DNA of 64,000 nucleotides from NCBI RefSeq assembly GCF_035084215.1, contig NC_090367.1:7690001-7754000 (forward strand), in the 5' to 3' direction. Shown piece by piece: positions 23,901 to 35,529 of the stretch; position 1 is the stretch's first letter; each line of letters opens with the position of its first letter. A program made the translations under genes and the position numbers. The notes under the pieces were generated by a model. It was given only the letters and a program-made list of their open reading frames with translations, searched no databases and was not told the DNA's origin. Origin of the DNA: Heptranchias perlo. Taxonomy: Eukaryota.

Positions 23901-25862
23901 GCCATCGACAGCTTGTACCTCCTGTTTCACATCCAGTTGCGCTACGAGGGATTCTCTGCGGGCCAGGGCGATGAATCGGTGGAGCGTTTGAAGACAACGA
24001 AGGGGTTTTTGGATGGCGTTGACCACGGCACCCAGCTCCGAACGTGCGCCGACCTCACCAGGGTCATCTCAGACCACATGTCCTATCACCAGCTGAGCAA
24101 CCTCCTCCCTATCCTGTGCGAGGGGCTGACGGACCCCCAGCCCAACTGCTCCAGCGTTGTCTCGGCCATCATCAACGCCCTCCTCCGAGAGCGCGGAGCA
24201 GGCCTTCAGGATCAGGTCTTGGAGACGCTCCGAGCGCTGCACGTCCAGCTGCGACTGATCACCCAGGAGCACGTGAGGTTTGCGGTGATGCGCAACATCG
24301 GCGTCCTCGCCTCGCAAAACACGGCCACCGTCGTCTCCCTTCTGCTCACCTACCCCGTCCCTTTCGACCAGCACACCAAGGACATTTGGAAGTCGCTGGC
24401 TGGGGAGGCCGAGGTAGGCCAAAGCACCTTGGAGTTCCTCTTGAGTGAGCTGAATGTAATGATAGAACGGGAGGAAAGACGAGAGTCCTCAGTCAATCTG
24501 ACGGAGACACGATACACGGCTTTGAAACCTATCGCGGTGGCCTGTGCTCTGAGTGAGGTCCTGTCCAACCCTGAGTCTGCCCCGGCCATCGATAGTCTAT
24601 ACCCTCAGTTGTTTGGCACTCTGCTAATCCTTTGCTCCTGTCCTTGCAAACCTCCGAAGGATCTTCCTTGCAAAAGTGCGTCGAAGGAGAGGAGGGCGGC
24701 CGGAGACCCAATATCTCCTGAAAACTTTGACTTCTGCGGTTACTGGGTTGCGATGCTGGAAGTCCTGCTGAGCCAGGGGAAGAATAAAGAGGTGGTGGAC
24801 TCCATGAAGGAGAAGGGGGGCTGGGCGATGATGAAGAATCCAGATGCGTACCATGAGGGTGTTGCAATGTTGGCCAAAGAAATGGCCAGTCATGCCAGCC
24901 CTAATCTGGACAGACTCACCGAGTATCTCTCTGCCATGCTTAACATTTATCAGAACCAAAGAATTGCAATGGCAGCTTTCTTGGGTGAAATGGTAAATCA
25001 CCACGTAGCCTTTGACCTGAAACACATGGACGTCCTTGTGAGCAGCTTGCTTCGCTGCTTGCTTGATCAATCTCCCACCATCCGCTTACTCTCCATTAGG
25101 GGTCTGGGAAACGTCGCAATTGGAGATCCCACCAAGACCCGAAGATACTCCACCAAGCTTCTGGCCGCCATCCTTGCTCTGATGGAGGAGCCGGACGAGT
25201 CCCATCATTGCATCACGATGGAGGGTCTATCAGGCCTGTCGAAGATCTTGGCTCAGTTGGAAGAGAGTAACGTCAGGGACATTCTAGTCAACTTGGCCCT
25301 GGGTATCCGCCCCTTCTTCGAAAACAGAAGCGACAGGGTGAGGGCCGCGGCCCTCTCCGTGTTCGGGAGCATGTCCAAATTTGCGGTCGGGGAGTCGAAA
25401 CCTATCTTTGTGGAACAGGTCCACTCCAGCCTGGTCTGTTTGCTGCTGCACCTCAACGACAGCAGCCTGGAGGTCTCCGAGGCCTGTAAATGTGGGCTGG
25501 CATCGGTCGGGCCGTTCCTGGGCTCGGACAACCTGAACACGACGTTTCAGACCGAGTTTGCGGAGGACACGAACCACGATTACTGGGCTTTTCTGAGCAA
25601 GCTGACCAGAATCATTGTCTGCGATTTGCCTGACTACACCAACACCTATCTCACAAGCAGCATGGGCTTCTGCAGTAACTGGTCTCCTGAGATCCGAGCG
25701 AATGCGGTCATCTTCGCAGGCCATCTCCTGAAGAACATGCCCAAGGAAAACGTCCAGTTTTTGGCCGATGACAACATCCCGGAAACCATCATCTCGATGA
25801 TACGCGATCCAGCACCGAGTGTCCGCATGACGACGGCCAAAACACTCAGTCTCTTCTGCTAA
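20961..25862 (+). CDS. MROH1-like: Intronless maestro HEAT-like repeat protein (MROH1-like), 1633 aa; probable retrogene
   Basis: Uninterrupted non-repetitive 4.9-kb ORF, Leu/Ala-rich helical HEAT/ARM-like composition; motifs recalled from MROH1 (PGALPHPMVIKTLANL, VLWPTLLQCVTPAPFTNAL, LPSPQALLGRLL, LLLCYGQVA, GRLIPRCADP, LSIRGLGNVA, IRPFFE, EQVHSSLVCLLLHLND, PEIRANAVIFAG, DPAPSVR); length similar to full MROH1. Confidence 0.88.
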   Translation: MAGDCMEPFLVALISAAFDDDEAVRQQIAGSLRELGRQCPQLVLTSCRAFLSSGGPRLAQGHRLALLQSMAVVAADAAERIERPLALEAIAAAAEAMTEADQASPQCQEAGSEFLVALGRGFVDEVLQEMLEKIKPGALPHPMVIKTLANLSVTNVYLIVPLLPVVLTALLPAFSLAKDNSSTWALVSAASLFSKSISEYLTHLDKAPDPSLSLETFSQPIYTVYKVHLSAWLQQRDAKLRAAILEALGHMVQLLPPARLEAELPTLVPQILALYRKQPEHLPVTQCLHSVLGAAVAGHSRALRGQTEQLLGTLHHQLCAPVDCDDQPALKNRSQLLGCFALLARAAWQQSAQFLIRKVAGTSGHQRAASLMALKRLVDTLPAPLHSKKHQIMAGLKMALLDEDKAVKKMVLLTIGSLANRGYLELPGGRSMVRYVVGLCAISCQDGAGRPRGSDADEVTGGDLSTMAETLLDQLTAMEDTVNVLWPTLLQCVTPAPFTNALPAVCRSLENLAGKQRELGTEHSLGDGPGLPSPQALLGRLLAASSVPYGGRGRGIPALRLLLVLSSTVHPAVETLWAEQLPELLQYLRGNSEDSLPHERWEEKLALFLSGSLETIADERWTSQLNKELLQQVGQLHSYPRERGFLYQCSGVALKQMKSKAAVRTQLQEMLQSVQYHQASEREGAALGIGLCATAHLDTTLAQLEAFARCHLARNAESLFDVMKERLDGEAENVRGMLLLCYGQVAWRAPVERVLPRVDTDILGRVIALGHKAESKDVTVKLSLAKAVTLIAQTILANGQRQVCTRKGELLTCMQELIKAEPTDQLKTPVRHSAMIACTYLVQLEPPSNEVDTFQLTRTCVDSVFGLLPLESQAGREDDWAERQSLLRETTAALQDLLNQILLRGLCPNGLQAVFKHMEGWITSRKDNERERAMDATSKLLVFFLENIDVRLVVTHYNLEAIVGRLIPRCADPLFAIRHLAIDSLYLLFHIQLRYEGFSAGQGDESVERLKTTKGFLDGVDHGTQLRTCADLTRVISDHMSYHQLSNLLPILCEGLTDPQPNCSSVVSAIINALLRERGAGLQDQVLETLRALHVQLRLITQEHVRFAVMRNIGVLASQNTATVVSLLLTYPVPFDQHTKDIWKSLAGEAEVGQSTLEFLLSELNVMIEREERRESSVNLTETRYTALKPIAVACALSEVLSNPESAPAIDSLYPQLFGTLLILCSCPCKPPKDLPCKSASKERRAAGDPISPENFDFCGYWVAMLEVLLSQGKNKEVVDSMKEKGGWAMMKNPDAYHEGVAMLAKEMASHASPNLDRLTEYLSAMLNIYQNQRIAMAAFLGEMVNHHVAFDLKHMDVLVSSLLRCLLDQSPTIRLLSIRGLGNVAIGDPTKTRRYSTKLLAAILALMEEPDESHHCITMEGLSGLSKILAQLEESNVRDILVNLALGIRPFFENRSDRVRAAALSVFGSMSKFAVGESKPIFVEQVHSSLVCLLLHLNDSSLEVSEACKCGLASVGPFLGSDNLNTTFQTEFAEDTNHDYWAFLSKLTRIIVCDLPDYTNTYLTSSMGFCSNWSPEIRANAVIFAGHLLKNMPKENVQFLADDNIPETIISMIRDPAPSVRMTTAKTLSLFC

Positions 25863-26091
25863 TGGAGTGTGGGCCCATCAAAGACCGAGTGGGTTCCCGT
25901 TGACATTACATTCATTGACATGGTCGCCGTGTGTGTCTACTGGTGTTAGACATCAAAGCTTGTAGTTTTGTTATCTTAAAAATCTATTAGTGATCGTAAA
26001 ATTTAAACGCAAATCTATTCTATGATAAAATAAGGAGACTGGCATATATATCAATTACTTGGAGAGAAGCCAATCAGTATAACAAAGGTTG

Positions 26092-29000
26092 TACCATTGA
26101 ATAGACCATCTTCCCATTGAATAGACCATCACTCCGTTGATAGACCACCTCTCCCTTCCATAGACGATCTCTCCACTGAATAGACCATAACCCCGTTGAA
26201 TAGACCATAACCCCATTGAATAGACCATGTCTCCATTGAATAGACCATCTCTCCATTGATAGAGCGTCTCTCCATTGTATAGAGCGTCTCTCCATTGTAT
26301 AGAGCGTCTCTCCATTCCATAATCTATCTCTCCATTGAATAGACTATCTCTCCATTGAATGGACCATCCCTCCATTGATAGACCATCTCTCGATTGATAG
26401 ACCATCTCTTCATTCCATAATCCATCTCTCCATTGATAGACCATCTCTCCATTGATAGACCATCTCTCCATTGAATAAAGCATCTCTCCATTGAATTGAC
26501 CATCTCTCCATTGAATTGACCATCTCTCCATTGAATTGATCATCTCTCCATTCCAAAGATCATCTCTCCATTGAATATACTATTTCTCCATTGATAGACC
26601 ACCTCTCGATTCCAAAGACCATCTCTCCATTCAATAATCTATCTCTCCACTGAATAGACCATCTTTCCATTCCATAGCCCATCTCTCCATTTCATAGACC
26701 ATCTCTCCATTTCATAGACCATCTCTCCATTTCATAGACCATCTCTCCATTCCATTATCTATCTCTCCATTGAATAGACCATCACTCCATTGATACACCA
26801 TCTCTCCATTGATAGACTACCTCTCCATTTCATAGACCATCACTCCATTGAATGGACCATCTCTCCATTCCATAGACCACCTCTCCATTGAATAGACCAC
26901 CTCTCCATTGAATAGACCATCACTCCATTGATACATCATCTCTCCATTGATAGACCACCTCTCCATTCCATAGACCATCTCTCCTTTGAATAGACCATCA
27001 CTCCATTGATACACCATCTCTCCATTGATAGACCACCTCTCCATTCCATAGACCATCTCTCCTTTGAATAGACCATCACTCCATTGATGGACCATCTCTC
27101 CATTGATAGACCACCTCTCCATTGAAAGGACCATCTCTCCATTCCAAAGACCATCGCTCCATTGAATAGACCATCTCATCATTTAATAGACCATCTCTCC
27201 ATTCCATAGACCATCTCTCTATTGAATAGACCACCTCTCCATTGAATAGACCACCTCTCCATTGAATAGACCATCTCTCCATTCCAAAGGCCATCTCTCC
27301 ATTTACTAGACCATCTCTCCATTGAATAGACCATCTCTCCATCCCATAATCTATCACTCCATTGAATAGACCATCTCTCCATTGAATAGACCATCTCTCC
27401 ATTGAATTGATCATCTCTCCATTCCAAAGACCATCTCTGCATTGAATAGAGCATCTCTTCATTCCATAGACCATCTCTCCATTGAATAGGCCATCTCTCC
27501 ATTGAATAGACCATCTCTCCAATGAATAGATCATCTCTCCATTGATAGATCATCTCTCCATTGAATAGCCCATCCCTCCATCTCAAAGACCATCTCTACA
27601 TTCCAAAGACCATCTCTCCATTGAATAGACCATCTCTCCATTGAATAGACCATCTCTCCATTGAATAGACCATCTCTCCATTCCATAATCTATTTCTCAA
27701 TTGAATAGACCATCTCTCCATTGAATAGACCATCCTTCCATTCCAAAGACCATCTCTAATTTCCATAGACCAGCTCTCCATTCCAAAGATCATCTCTACA
27801 TTGAATATACTATTTCTCCATTGATAGACCACCTCTCCATTCCAAAGACAATCTCTCCATTGAATAGACCATCTCTCCATTGATAGACCACCTCTCCATT
27901 CCAAAGACCATCTCTCCATTAAATAGGCCATCTCTCCATTGATAGACCATCTCTCCATTCAATAATCTATCTCTCCACTGAATAGACCATCTCTCCATTC
28001 CATAGACCATCTCTCCATTCCAGAGACCATCTCTCCATTGAATAGACCATCACTCCATTGATACACAATCTCTCCATTGATAGACTACCTCTCCATTCCA
28101 TAGACCATCTCTCCTTTGAATAGACCATCTCTCCATTGAATGGACCATCTCTCCATTCCAAAGACCATCGCTCCATTGAATAGACCATCTCATCATTTAA
28201 TAGACCATCTCTCCATTCCAAAGACCATCGCTCCATTGAATAGACCATCACACCATTGATACACAATCTCTCCATTGATAGACTACCTCTCCATTCCATA
28301 GACCATCTCTCCTTTGAATAGACCATCACTCCATTGAATGGACCATCTCTCCATTCCATAGACCACCTCTCCATTCCATAGACCACCACTCCATTGAATA
28401 GACCATCTCTCCATTGAATAGACCATCTCTCCATTCCAAAGAACATCTCTCCATTTACTAGACCATCTCTCCATTGAATAGACCATCTCTCCATTGAATA
28501 GACCATCTCTCCATTAAATAGACCATCCCTCCGTTAAATAGACCATCTCTGCATTGAATAGACCATCTCTTCATTCCATAGACCATCTCTCCATTGAATA
28601 GACCATCTCTCCATTGAATAGATCATCTCTCCATTCCAAAGACCATCTCTCCATTAAATAGACCATCCCTCCATTAAACAGACCATCTCTCCATTGAATA
28701 GACCATCTCTTCATTCCATAGACCATCTCTCCATTGAATAGACCATCTCTCCATTGTATAGACTACCTCTCCATTCCATAGTCCATCTCTCCATCGAATA
28801 GAGCATCTAACCATTGAATAGACCATCTCTCCATTGAATAGGCCATCTCTCCATTGAATAGACCATCTCTCCAATGAATAGACCATCTCTCCATTGATAG
28901 ACCATCTCTCCATTGAATAGCCCATCCCTCCATCTCAAAGACCATCTCTACATTCCAAAGACCATCTCTCCATTGAATAGACCATCTCTCCATTGACTAG

Positions 29001-29860
29001 ACCATCTCTCCATTCCATAATCTATTTCTCAATTGAATAGACCATCTCTCCATTGAATAGACCATCCTTCCATTACAAAGACCATCTCTACACTCCAAAG
29101 ACCATCTCTCCATTGAATAGACCATCTCCCCATTCCATAATCTATCTCTCCATTGAATAGACCATCTCACCATTGAATAGACTCTCCATTTCATAATCCA
29201 TCTCCCCATTGAATAGACCATCTCTCCATTGAATAGACCATCTCACCATTGAATAGACTCTCCATTTTATAATCCATCTCCCCATTGAATAGACCATCTC
29301 TTCATTGAATAGACCATCTCTCCAATGAATAGACCATCTCTCTATTGATAGCCCATCTCTCCATTAAATAGACCATCCCTCCAGTCCAAAGACCATCTCT
29401 ACATTCCAAAGACCATCTCTCCATTGAATAGACCATCTCTCCATTGAATAGACCATCTCTCCATTCCATAGACAATCTCTCCATTGCATTGACCATCTCT
29501 CCATTGAATAGACCATCTCTCCATTGAATAGATCATCTCTCCATTGCATTGACCATCTCTCCATTGAATAGACCATCTCTCCATTGAATAGATCATCTCT
29601 CCATTGCATTGACCATCTCTCCATTGAATAGACCATCTCTCCATTGAATAGATCATCTCTCCATTCCATAGACCATCTCTCCATTGAATAGACCATCTCT
29701 CCATTCCATAGGCCATCTCTCCATTGATAGATTATGGAATGGAGAGATGGTCTGTCTCTCCATTGAATAGACCATCTCTCCATTCCTTAGTCCATCTGTC
29801 CATTGAATAGACCATCTCTCCATTGAATAGACCATCTCTCCATTCCATAGTCCATCTCCG
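26092..29860. repeat. Diverged 19-20-bp satellite (TAGACCATCTCTCCATTGAA), ~3.8 kb
   Basis: Continuous reiteration with TTGAA/TTCCA variants. Confidence 0.96.
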
Positions 29861-30504
29861 CCTTAATGACTGTCTCTTCGGAGAAGATTGTACTAGATTC
29901 TATTTATTTATTTAATTTGAATTGGTTTCCCAACCTACTGAGATCTGATAATTAACCTGATGGAAATCCAACTGTTCACACTCAGACAGTGTGAGCACCT
30001 GAATTCTGCACAGAATGGAAAGACTTGTTTATATTGCACTCAGAATTGGTCTAAGAAGTTTGCATGCGTGAATTATCCGGGTATACACAATGCACACACT
30101 GTGCACACATCCTGCTCACAGTGGATGCTACAGATACCAAGACATATTATGCAACCATGGGAGAATAAATTGCATTTTTGTCCAATTTTCCTTGGCTTGA
30201 ATTTTTTGCTGACCATTGCAAATACCCGTTCCATTTTAATAGATTGGGGCCTGCTGAGATTGCAATTGACCCCCAGCTCATTACCTGGAACGTAGTGGAA
30301 ATGCAGGGTTTTCCTGTAAGAAGAAACGATTAGCTCGATTATCGCCATACCATTAGTTTGGAGCCTTAAATTTCCTTGCTCCAATTCCACATATCCATTA
30401 GTTTAATGAAAATCCCAAGCATTGGCAATGGACTACCTGAAACTGGTGAATATATGGAACTGGACTAGAAAATGGGACAAGTTACCAGTAAGTAATATTC
30501 GCGC

Positions 30505-31170
30505 CGGGCAATGACCATCTCCAACAAGAGAGAGTCTGACCACCTCCCTTTGACATTCAATGGCATTCCCATCGCCGAATCCCCCACCATCAACATCCGA
30601 GGGGCCACCATTGACTGGAAAGTGAACTGGACCAGCCACATAAACACCATGGCTACTAGAGCAGGTCAAAGGCTGCCTATCCTGCGGCGAGTGACTCACC
30701 TCCTGACTCCCCAAAGCCTCTCCGCCACCAACAAGGCACAAGTCAGGAGTGTGATGGAATGCTCTCCAATTGCCTGGGAGAATGGCGCACCATGGCTGCA
30801 GTGTGTACCATCCACAGGATGCACTGCAGCAACTCGCCAAGGCTTCTTCGACAGCACCTCCCAAACCCGCGACCTCTACCATCTAGAAGGACAAGGGCAG
30901 CAGGCACATGGGAACAACACCACCTGCACGCTCCCCTCCAAGTCACACACCATCCCGACTTGGAAATATATCGGCCGTTCCTTCATCGTCGCTGGGTCAA
31001 AATCCTGGAACTCCCTTCCTAACAGCACTGTGGGAGAACCTTCACCACACGGACTGCAGCGGTTCAAGAAGGCGGCTCACCACCACCTTCTCAAGGGGCA
31101 ATTAGGGATGGGCAGTAAATGCCGGCCTTGCCAGCGACGCCCACATCCCATGAATGAATAAATAAAAAGC
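30505..31170 (+). mobile_element. 5'-truncated non-LTR retrotransposon (CR1/L2 group) 3' end
   Basis: HLPLTFNGIPIAESPTINI..TID.KVNWTSHIN..ATRAGQRL..LRR..KAQVRSVME; SFIVAGSKSWNSLP; FKKAAHHHLL; ends in TGAATGAATAAATAAAAA. Confidence 0.85.
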
Positions 31171-31474
31171 CTGCTTACCATTGCCTGAAACCTCAGACAA
31201 GCTGCTTACAATGTGCCAACTTGGCATTGAGGGACAGTAAGCCGTCCCTTCGTTCCTTTTATAATTTGGGGACAAAGCATTGCCTGGGTGGGATGCGTAG
31301 CAGAAAATCAGGGAGTGGGCTGGAATGTAAAGTTTGATAACGCTGCCCATCCGAATTCCCGTCCATTGATTTCAAGGTTGGAATGTGGTGTCTGAATTCA
31401 TGTCAAATGGTTTCACCTCCCGACCTCTTACACCCAGGCACTGAGGATCACAAACCTGCCCACTTAAATCTTTG

Positions 31475-31815
31475 TTTTAAGGAGCGTCTTAAAGGAGGAG
31501 AGAGAGGCAGAGAGGTTTAGGGAGGGAATTCCAGAGCTTAGGGCCCAGGCAGCTGAAGGCACGGCCGCCAATGGTGGAGCGATGGAAATCGGGGATGCTC
31601 AAGAGGCCAGAATTGGAGGAGCGCAGAGATCTCGGAGGGTTGCCGGGGCTGGAGGAGGTTACAGAGATAGGGAGGGGGGGGGCGAGGGCCATGGAGGGAT
31701 TTGATCACCAGGATGAGAATTTTAAAATCGAGGCGTTGCTGGACCGGGAGCCAATGTGGGTCAGCGAGCACAGTGGGTGATGGGTGAACGGGATTTGGTG
31801 CGAGTTAGGATACGG
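31475..31815 (-). mobile_element. L2-clade LINE 3' fragment
   Basis: LADPHWLPVQQRLDFKILILVIKSLHG; GGRAFSCLGPKLWNSLP. Confidence 0.85.
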
Positions 31816-32197
31816 GCGACCAAGGTGGCAGCAGAGAAGCTGATTGATTACAGCACCTTGGGTCAGGGAAGGGCGTGTGGATGCCAGGGGAGGAGGGGAC
31901 CAGGCTTGGCGGCGATGCACCACTTCGTTGAATAGCTGATGTGACTTCTAGGCTGCCACCTGAAGAATGGGCAAGGTACCAGAGGGTGCCCATACATCTG
32001 TACCACAGCTGGGGTCATTGCTTTCAGGAGGGGAGGGGGCGGAGGGGAGAGAGCTGGGCTGATAACTCTGTTTTCAATGAATGTTCTTTCCATCATGAGT
32101 AGACAAAACATGCATGAATCTGTTATCGCACCATGAAAGGAATTTATTGATAAGGACACAAAATATAGATAAACTTAGTTACAGTTACAAAAGGTAT

Positions 32198-32540
32198 TGG
32201 GTAAAAGGGAACGATTCACTCCCGTCTGGTACTGTACGGCCCGTGTGTGTCTCAGTGTCAGCTCCTGTACATGTACAGTACACAGTGGGTAAAAGGGAAC
32301 GATTCACTCCCGTCTGGTACTGTACGGCCTGTGTGTGTCTCAGTGTCTCCTGTACATGTACAGTACACAGTGGGTAAAAGGGAACGATTCACTCCCGTCT
32401 GGTACTGTACGGCCCGTGTGTGTCTCAGTGTCAGCTCCTGTACATGTACAGTACACAGTGGGTAAAAGGGAACGATTCACTCCCGTCTGGTACTGTACGG
32501 CCCATGTGTGTCTCAGTGTCAGCTCCTGTACATGTACAGA
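32198..32540. repeat. ~88-bp tandem repeat, about 4 copies
   Basis: GGGTAAAAGGGAACGATTCACTCCCGTCTGGTACTGTACGG... repeated; each copy holds the palindrome CTGTACATGTACAG. Confidence 0.93.
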
Positions 32541-32574
32541 GTAAAGCTCCCTCAACTGTCACATGAAAGAGTCA

Positions 32575-33220
32575 TAGGGCAGGTACAGCATGGGTTAGAT
32601 ACAGAGTAAAGCTCCCTCTACACTGTCCCGTCAAACACTCCCAGGGCAGGTACAGCACGGGTTAGATACATAGTAAAGCTCCCTCTACACTGTCCTATCA
32701 AACACTCCCAGGGCAGGTACAGGGTTAGATACAGAGTAAAGCTCCCTCCACACTGTCCCATCAAACACTCCCAGGGCAGGTACAGGGTTAGATACAGAGT
32801 AAAGCTCCCTCTACACTGTCCCATCAAACACTCCCAGGGCAGGTACAGGGTTAGATACAGAGTAAAGCTCCCTCTACACTGTTCTATCAAACACTCCCAG
32901 GGCAGGTACAGGGTTAGATACAGAGTAAAGCTCCCTCTACACTGTCCCATCAAACACTCCCAGGGCAGGTACAGGGTTAGATACAGAGTAAAGCTCCCTC
33001 TACACTGTCCCATCAAACACTCCCAGGGCAGGTACAGGGTTAGATACAGAGTAAAGCTCCCTCCACACTGTCCCATCAAACACTCCCAGGGCAGGTACAG
33101 GGTTAGATACAGAGTAAAGCTCCCTCTACACTGTCCCGTCAAACACTCCCAGGGCAGGTACAGGGTTAGATACAGAGCAAAGCTCCCTCTACACTGTCCC
33201 ATCAAACACTCCCAGGGCAT
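32575..33220. repeat. 63-bp tandem repeat (GGGTTAGATACAGAGTAAAGCTCCCTCTACACTGTCCCATCAAACACTCCCAGGGCAGGTACA), about 10 copies
   Basis: 63-bp period (21-aa periodic ORF); same unit at 47404-47820. Confidence 0.95.
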
Positions 33221-33639
33221 GAAGAGAGTGAAGAAACAGCGACGCCCCTTTTTACAGATGTGCTCGTCTCCAGCTGTGGGGCTGCTGTCAGTTGATGTGG
33301 GGCCAGATGTAAGGCATTCTGAGAGTGACATGTGAAAGGGTCTGTCCATTTTCTACGAGGTTTTGGGCTGACTGATACGGTGCTGTTCAGTTCAGGACTA
33401 AACCAGAAATGCAAATGTAACATCGTTTTAAAAGCACCCAGGCCAGTCACTGTGAGGTTGTTGTTTGATGGAGCAACTTCCTGTTACAGATACATTTTCT
33501 CCATTGTACCATGCCCTCCTGGTATCACATGAAGCCTTCACCTTCCGTCTGCACCTTCCACATCTGAATAAGCAAACCAGCTCATCAAACCCAACAGAGT
33601 CAGTCGCAGCTATCGTCTGCAGTCTGTGCTGAATCTAGG

Positions 33640-33760
33640 GACATAGGAACAGGGAGAGGCCATTCAGCCCCACGAGCCTGTTCCGCCATCCAATGAGATC
33701 ATGGCTGATCTGTACATTAACTCCATTTTCCTGCCTTTGCTCCATATCCCTGATTACCCT
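33640..33760 (-). mobile_element. CR1 3' UTR remnant
   Basis: GGCCATTCAGCCCCACGAGCCTGTTCCGCCATCCAATGAGATCATGGCTGATC is the reverse complement of the CR1 tail at ~47260-47320. Confidence 0.7.
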
Positions 33761-33854
33761 CACTCAATGTCCCAGTGCAAATTTCTGCTCCCATCTACAC
33801 GACGTACTGTGCCACCGAAATTAGTGTCCATCAGGGAACTATAGTCATTGTTCT

Positions 33855-34535
33855 GTATAAACCCCCTGAACCCCTCGATTAGATTCCAGTCTGTAACTCA
33901 CTCCCGGGTATCTGTTATTCTATATATAAACCCCCCGAACCCCTCGATTAGATTCCAGCCTGTAACTCACTCCCGGGTATCTGTTATTCTATATATAAAC
34001 CCCCCGAACCCCTCGATTAGATTCCAGTCTGTAACTCACTCCCGGGTATCTGTTATTCTATATATAAACCCCCCCGAACCCCTCGATTAGATTCCAGTCT
34101 GTAACTCACTCCCGGGTATCTGTTATTCTATATATAAACCCCCCCGAACCCCTCGATTAGATTCCGGCCTGTAACTCACTCCCGGGTATCTGTTATTCTA
34201 TATATAAACCCCCCCCAAACCCCTCAATTAGATTCCAGTCTGTAACTCACTCCCGGGTATCTGTTATTCTATATATAAACCCCCCCCAAACCCCTCAATT
34301 AGATTCCGGCCTGTAACTCACTCCCGGGTATCTGTTATTCTATATATAAACCCCCCGAACCCCTCGATTAGATTCCAGTCTGTAACTCACTCCCGGGTAT
34401 CTGTTATTCTATATATAAACCCCCCGAACCCCTCGATTAGATTCCAGCCTGTAACTCACTCCCGGGTATCTGTTATTCTATATATAAACCCCCCGAACCC
34501 CTCGATTAGATTCCAGTCTGTAACTCACTCCCGGG
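33855..34535. repeat. ~69-71-bp tandem repeat, about 10 copies
   Basis: AAACCCCCCGAACCCCTCGATTAGATTCCAGTCTGTAACTCACTCCCGGGTATCTGTTATTCTATATAT. Confidence 0.95.
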
Positions 34536-34827
34536 CTTTATCCTATTGTCACAGCTCAGTCACATTAACCCATTGCTCCAACGTTTCCCTCCTTGCCTGT
34601 TGTACTGTGTGCTGTATTCAGCCTGTCCGAATAAGGAGTAAATTGCCAGTGTCTGGCCTGAATGATGCCTGTGGCTGATTCCAACCTTCCAGATTTGACA
34701 TCTGTCCTCACCCGGTCTGATCACAGTGCTGCTCATCCCCCGCACAAGCACCACCCTTAACCCCAAACCTCCCAATCTCCCCGTCACACTCTCCCTGACA
34801 CCAGGGATCCTCCGTGCCTTCCCCTTC

Positions 34828-35050
34828 AGTCCCAGTACCGAGGGAGTGCTGCACTGTCGGAGGTGCCGTCTTTCGGATGAGACTAAAAGATCCCACGGCC
34901 ACTATTGGAAGAAGAGCAGGGGGGAGTTCTCCCCGGGGTCCTGGGGCCAATATTTATCCCTCAACCAACATCGTTAAATAAAAGCAGATGATCTGGTCAT
35001 TATCACCTTGCTGTTTGTGGGATCTTGCTGTGCGCAGATTGGCTGCCGAG
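34828..35050 (+). mobile_element. DeuSINE-like fragment
   Basis: Central domain and 3' part match the family. Confidence 0.8.
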
Positions 35051-35529
35051 TTTGAAATGTAAGACTCCCTTTCATCCTTCCCTCTCCGGTCCCCCGCCCA
35101 AAGTCTAACCCGAGCTGGGGGCCAGGCCAAGGGGCGAGAGGCTAGATTTCGAGATCCCGCCCAGGATGGGGCCAACAGCATCAGTGCTGGTTACGAACAT
35201 GGAGAGACAGACGCAGCAGCCCCAGGGCAGGCCTGGTGGCTCATTTCACTTGTTGGTTGGTGCTATGTTAACTGGTCTCACACAAGGTGCTGATGGGGAG
35301 GCTGAATTGCCCTGGGGTAAAAGAGCAGACGAAGCAGCTCCTGCTTTCTGTCCAGCAACGTTCCGGAAGGCAGATGTGGGCATCAGGGGAGGGCGGAGCT
35401 AGTCTCCTGCGATGCACCATGAGGTCAAATAGCTGGCCAGCGCTCACTGTCTAGACTAAGGCGGGTAACTGCAGGAGGATGGTCAGCACAATGGGGAGCA
35501 GGGACTAGATACCCCATCCCACTCCAAAC

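Noticed and set aside
21380..25840. Antisense and alternative-frame ORFs over the MROH-like CDS
   Set aside because: Expected shadow ORFs of a GC-rich coding sequence; no recognisable homology.
26020..26035. Poly(A) signal or retroposed poly(A) tail for the MROH-like gene
   Set aside because: Only GATAAAATAAG; no canonical AATAAA, A-tail or target-site duplication, consistent with an old insertion but not supporting evidence.
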